Sequence record: NC_048045.1
Strand: one strand, 5' to 3'
DNA: 64,000 nt
The position numbers and the translations under genes were made by a program. A model generated the notes under the pieces. The model worked only from the letters and a program-made list of their open reading frames with translations. It did not search any database and was not told where the DNA came from. Numbering within the stretch: position 1 is the first letter of the stretch; every line of letters starts with the position of its first letter. This document shows positions 60,587-64,000 of this stretch, one piece after another.

Positions 60587-60865
60587 ATGCGCAAGCCCCT
60601 CACCCAAGAGCAAAAGGCCCGCCGCCGCGTCCAACGTCGCGCCGCCCGCCTCGCCTGGAGCGACGAACGCCGCGCGGCCGAATACGCCCGCCAATCGCGC
60701 TTTTTCCTGATGATCGCCGAACGCGCCCAAGCGGCGGGCGACGCCAAGGAAGCCGCCCGCCTCGCCACCGTCGCCCAACGCAAGGTCACTAACTGGCGCA
60801 TGGCGCAAGCCTGCGCTCGAATCAACGCCCTGGCGGTTCACGCCTGGGCTTCCGTCGCCGCCTAA
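60587..60865 (+). CDS. basic Arg/Ala-rich protein
   Basis: AAGGA RBS. Confidence 0.75.
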   Translation: MRKPLTQEQKARRRVQRRAARLAWSDERRAAEYARQSRFFLMIAERAQAAGDAKEAARLATVAQRKVTNWRMAQACARINALAVHAWASVAA

Positions 60866-60877
60866 GGAGCCGCAACC

Positions 60878-61201
60878 ATGCCCCCGATGACTCACCCTCA
60901 CGCCCTGGCCTTGATCGCGCTCGCCGAAAAGGTCTTGCCCCTGACCCGGCTGGACCCGCTGAATCAGCGCGCCGCCGCTGTCGACCTGATCGGCGATCTT
61001 TACAGCCTCGCCGACTCCATCGACGCCACCGCCGGCCACTTGGTCGAGGCCGTCAACGGCGCCTTGCGCGACGGTTGCGAGGGCTACGCGCCCAAGAGCC
61101 GCGCCGCCGCCGCTGTCGCCACCGTCCGCGCCGACGAACTGCGCTCCGCCCTGGAGGCGTACACCGAAGCCGCCGCCCTGGCCCTGCCGAAGGTCGCCTA
61201 A
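60878..61201 (+). CDS. hypothetical protein
   Basis: AAGGAG RBS. Confidence 0.8.
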   Translation: MPPMTHPHALALIALAEKVLPLTRLDPLNQRAAAVDLIGDLYSLADSIDATAGHLVEAVNGALRDGCEGYAPKSRAAAAVATVRADELRSALEAYTEAAALALPKVA

Positions 61202-61204
61202 GCC

Positions 61205-61873
61205 ATGTCGCAACGCTACCGCCTCGCGCCCTCCGCCCGCGTCTCCAAGACGCTTTCGGACCTGCTTTATGCGGCGTCGGAAGTCGTCGCCACGGCGGCG
61301 CAATATGAGACGACGCCCGCCGGTCAAACCAAGCTCGCCAAGATGCGCGGCGACCTGATCACCGAAAGCGCCGGCGCCCTTGTGCGCAAGCCGCCTAGCG
61401 CCGTCCTCGCAACCCTCGTTTGGGTTGTCGAACTGGCGCAAGCCCGCGCCACGGAAAACGACTTCGGCAACGCCCAAGAGGCGCTGGACGAACACGACGC
61501 CTTAGCGTTCGTCGCCGATTGGCTGGAAGCCGAAGGCCTGGACGTGAGCGACATTCGCGGCGCCGCGCCCTCGGCCGAAGCCTTGGCCGAACTCGTCGCC
61601 CGCCGCGACGCCGAACAAGAGGCGCTGGACGCCCTAGAGCGCCCCGTTCCCCTCATCGCGTCGGATAAGGCCTATGCGCTCGCCGAAGTCTTCGGCGGGC
61701 TGATCCCGGCCGCCCTGGCGTTGGGCTATGAATTCCACGTCAGGCCCGACGGGCTCGCCCCGCCGCACTACGTCAGCCGCAACGGCGTTCCCGTCGCCGC
61801 GTACTACGCCGACAAGGAAGCGCTCGCGCTGGACACCCTCGCCATTCACATCGACCAAGCCAAGGAGGCCTGA
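61205..61873 (+). CDS. hypothetical protein
   Basis: Packed array. Confidence 0.8.
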   Translation: MSQRYRLAPSARVSKTLSDLLYAASEVVATAAQYETTPAGQTKLAKMRGDLITESAGALVRKPPSAVLATLVWVVELAQARATENDFGNAQEALDEHDALAFVADWLEAEGLDVSDIRGAAPSAEALAELVARRDAEQEALDALERPVPLIASDKAYALAEVFGGLIPAALALGYEFHVRPDGLAPPHYVSRNGVPVAAYYADKEALALDTLAIHIDQAKEA

Positions 61874-61876
61874 GCC

Positions 61877-62365
61877 GTGCGCACCGTGACCCGCAACGCC
61901 GACCCCGCGAAGATCATCGGCGGCTATCTCATGAGCGCGCAACGCTCCGGCGCCCTGACCTCGTCAGACGAGGTTATCGCCACGCTAGAGGCGGCCGGCT
62001 ACGTCATCGCCCGCCGCCGCGACGTCTTCACCGATGAGGGCCAAAAGCTGGGCGACGTCCTGGCGGCGCTTTATGACGCCGTCCCGAATTCGGCCGTCCG
62101 AACCCAACGCCTCGCCGACGCCCTCAAGCCGGCTTGCGCGTTCGTCTATCAGCCCCGGTTCCGGGTTGTGCTGGAAGCCGCGCCCGGCGCGCGCCTGACC
62201 GACTGCGAAACTGGCGCTTGCGTCTATTTCCAGCCGGGCGACGACGCCGACACCTTCCGCGAAGAGTTCGGCCCGTGGGTGCGCGACGACGTCCCCGATA
62301 CGGCCGAAGGTCAGGCCCTGGCGTCGATGATGAACCCGACGGCGGAAGAGTATTTCTCCGGCTAA
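61877..62365 (+). CDS. hypothetical protein
   Basis: AAGGAGG upstream of GTG. Confidence 0.8.
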   Translation: MRTVTRNADPAKIIGGYLMSAQRSGALTSSDEVIATLEAAGYVIARRRDVFTDEGQKLGDVLAALYDAVPNSAVRTQRLADALKPACAFVYQPRFRVVLEAAPGARLTDCETGACVYFQPGDDADTFREEFGPWVRDDVPDTAEGQALASMMNPTAEEYFSG

Positions 62366-62457
62366 GTCATCAAACCTACCGTCTATGACATGTCACGGGC
62401 TGAATACTTGGCCCGTGACGACTTCCCCTAGTAAAGCTCACGCCTGTTTTCGTGACA
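62365..62457. promoter_or_regulatory. cluster of three TGTCA/TGACA-type inverted subsites
   Basis: AGTCATC-N12-TATGACA, TGTCACG-N16-CGTGACG, GCTCACG-N8-CGTGACA. Confidence 0.6.
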
Positions 62458-62546
62458 TAGCACAAGGAACTGAAATCGTTGGAAAAACTCCTAGAGGGTC
62501 ACAAAGTTCTGGTTTGGCTGCTGCTGCTGGCCTGCCTCTGGCGCTT

Positions 62547-62611
62547 TTAACCCTTTGTTAAGACTTTACCCGCTAGGGTGATCTTGCGGCCGGGCAATCC
62601 CGCCCCGCCGC
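62547..62611 (+). promoter_or_regulatory. CtrA-box promoter C7 with AATCCC-loop hairpin
   Basis: TTAA-CCCTTTG-TTAAGA, TAGGGT 62574; GCGGCCGGGC-AATCCC-GCCCCGCCGC. Confidence 0.8.
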
Positions 62612-62634
62612 CTTCCTTCTCTGGAGCCGCTACC

Positions 62635-63075
62635 ATGCAAACCGCTTCCGTGATCCTCCCCGCCCAAACCCTGGCCGGCGCCGATCTTGGCCCCGTCCTG
62701 ATGGTCTTCGCCCTGGAACTGTCGCAGCACTTCGGCGACGTCGCCCAAGCCCCGACCGTCGAGCGCTGGACCGATGAGGCCACCGGCGCCGAATTCGTCG
62801 CCGACTGTGTGGCGTTCACGGTGTCGGCGGACTGGACCGCCAAGGGCGGGCGCATGGCGCGCCGCCTGGAGAACATGGCCGCCCGCTACGCCGCGCCCTG
62901 CGAGGCCCCCGCCCTGACCGTCCAGCACGCCGACGGCTCCACCGTGTACGTTGCCGCCCTGGAGGCCCTGGCGCGCCCTGCCCCGGTGCAAGGCCCCTCG
63001 CGCATCGCAGACCCGGCTTTCCTCCCTCGCCAGCGTGAGGACAAGGCCGCCCGCTTCGAGCGCCTGACAGCCTAG
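62635..63075 (+). CDS. hypothetical protein
   Basis: GGAG RBS. Confidence 0.8.
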   Translation: MQTASVILPAQTLAGADLGPVLMVFALELSQHFGDVAQAPTVERWTDEATGAEFVADCVAFTVSADWTAKGGRMARRLENMAARYAAPCEAPALTVQHADGSTVYVAALEALARPAPVQGPSRIADPAFLPRQREDKAARFERLTA

Positions 63076-63104
63076 GCCCTGGCCTAGCCTCCCCCGCTTC
63101 CCCT

Positions 63105-63138
63105 AGCGCACCGCTTCCCATGCGGTGCGCTTTCTTTT
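63105..63138 (+). terminator. intrinsic terminator
   Basis: AGCGCACCGC-TTCCCAT-GCGGTGCGCT-TTCTTTT. Confidence 0.85.
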
Positions 63139-63143
63139 GCGTA

Positions 63144-63205
63144 TTAACTTGTTGTTAAGAGTTTAGCTGATAGTGTCCCCTTGTTGGCGGCGCATCCCGC
63201 GCCGC
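63144..63205 (+). promoter_or_regulatory. CtrA-box promoter C8 with ATCCC-loop hairpin
   Basis: TTAA-CTTGTTG-TTAAGA, TAGTGT 63171; GCGGCGC-ATCCC-GCGCCGC. Confidence 0.8.
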
Positions 63206-63226
63206 TCCTCTCTTGGATCGCTCAAC

Positions 63227-63619
63227 ATGGCCCGCCCTTCTGACCTGCTCAACGTCAACGCCGCCCGCGTCCTGGCCTGCCTGGAAGCCCTGGCCGGCGT
63301 CGTCAAGACCGCCCCGGAAGCCGACCGCGCCGCCTTCTCCTACCTGCTGGACGCGGCCGAATTCGTCGCTTCCTGGCGCCGCAACCATACGGAAACCGAC
63401 CGTCGCCGCGCTTACGGTGCGGCCTGCGCGGCGCAAGCCCTGGCCCTGACCAATGTCTATCAGCCCGCCACCCTGCAAGGCGGTGCGGTGCGCCGCGCTC
63501 TGGGCGCCTATGCCGCCGCCCTTAAGCTCTTGCTCGATGGCGAGCCGGTGCAAGCCGTCCGCGCCGCCGAAGGCGCCGCCCAGAGCGTGCGCGGACGCTT
63601 CGCTAACACCCGCATCTAG
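63227..63619 (+). CDS. Ala-rich hypothetical protein
   Basis: Downstream of C8. Confidence 0.8.
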   Translation: MARPSDLLNVNAARVLACLEALAGVVKTAPEADRAAFSYLLDAAEFVASWRRNHTETDRRRAYGAACAAQALALTNVYQPATLQGGAVRRALGAYAAALKLLLDGEPVQAVRAAEGAAQSVRGRFANTRI

Positions 63620-63660
63620 TAACCTTTTGTTAAGACCCCCTGGCCTATAGTCAGGGGGTC
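63619..63660 (+). promoter_or_regulatory. CtrA-box promoter C9 with hairpin across the -10
   Basis: GTAA-N7-TTAAGA, TATAGT 63646; GACCCCCTG-N9-CAGGGGGTC. Confidence 0.75.
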
Positions 63661-63677
63661 GCAAGGAGACACCCGAC

Positions 63678-63869
63678 ATGACCCGCCCCGGCCCCGCCTC
63701 GCTCCTCTCGCCCGCCGCCACCTTCTCGGCGCATAACCTCGTTCTTCCGGGCGCTCGCCCTATGCCCCTGCCCAAGGCGCAAGGCCTGACCTATGGCCAG
63801 TGCATCGCCCTGGGCGCTGGCCTGGGCGTGCTGGGCTTCCTCGCCCTGCGCGTCCTTGGTCTGGTCTGA
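63678..63869 (+). CDS. small protein with C-terminal TM helix
   Basis: AAGGAG RBS; CIALGAGLGVLGFLALRVLGLV. Confidence 0.75.
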   Translation: MTRPGPASLLSPAATFSAHNLVLPGARPMPLPKAQGLTYGQCIALGAGLGVLGFLALRVLGLV

Positions 63870-63896
63870 CCTCCCCCGGCGCCCCCGTCGGGCGCG

Positions 63897-63933
63897 CGGT
63901 AGGGCTGTCCCATATTGAGACGGCCCTACCGGG
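63897..63933. repeat. hairpin related to the 56449 palindrome
   Basis: CGGTAGGGCTGTC-N9-GACGGCCCTACCG; shares GGCCCTACCGGG with 56471-56482. Confidence 0.75.
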
Positions 63934-64000
63934 GTAGTGTTTCTTTTTGGGACGAGGGACCCAAAGGCCCCTACGTTAACCATTTTTGGCGGCGCCCCCC

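Larger units (their letters stand above)
55071..64000 (+). other. probable long terminal repeat / early-gene region
   Basis: Follows terL; own promoter class, terminators, repeat arrays and codon style. Repetition of the region itself cannot be seen in this window. Confidence 0.5.

Noticed and set aside
36642-63086. TAGGCC-NN-GGCCTA dyad at 36642 and 63073
   Set aside because: Only two short GC-rich copies in unrelated contexts; could be chance

Overview
A 64-kb segment of a large, GC-rich lytic phage genome, most consistent with a phiCbK-like Caulobacter siphophage. That assignment is inferred from a GcrA homologue, an alphaproteobacterial-type XRE regulator, CtrA-box promoters, and an intein-containing terminase followed by an early-type gene array. 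Layout: (i) 1-8080, leftward genes including a HAD nucleotidase, XRE and GcrA-like protein; (ii) 8217-46949, about 100 rightward, mostly small hypothetical genes driven by 13 related sigma70-type promoters (TTGACA-17/18-TAGAAN) that share a GACGACAAC element at +1 and an 18-bp operator-like motif in two orientations; (iii) a 376-aa ORF with a structured leader, followed by an AT-rich ori-like tract; (iv) RuvC-like resolvase, putative terS and terL with a 341-aa Pro1/Cys-F4 intein; (v) 55071-64000, a probable terminal-repeat/early region with a 6x24-bp array, phased A-tracts, large palindromes and nine CtrA-box promoter cassettes carrying conserved hairpins. No tRNA, rRNA, CRISPR array, integrase or transposase was recognised. 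Family calls come from motif recognition by eye, with no database searches. Several starts were trimmed from the ORF track to the codon with a plausible ribosome-binding site.
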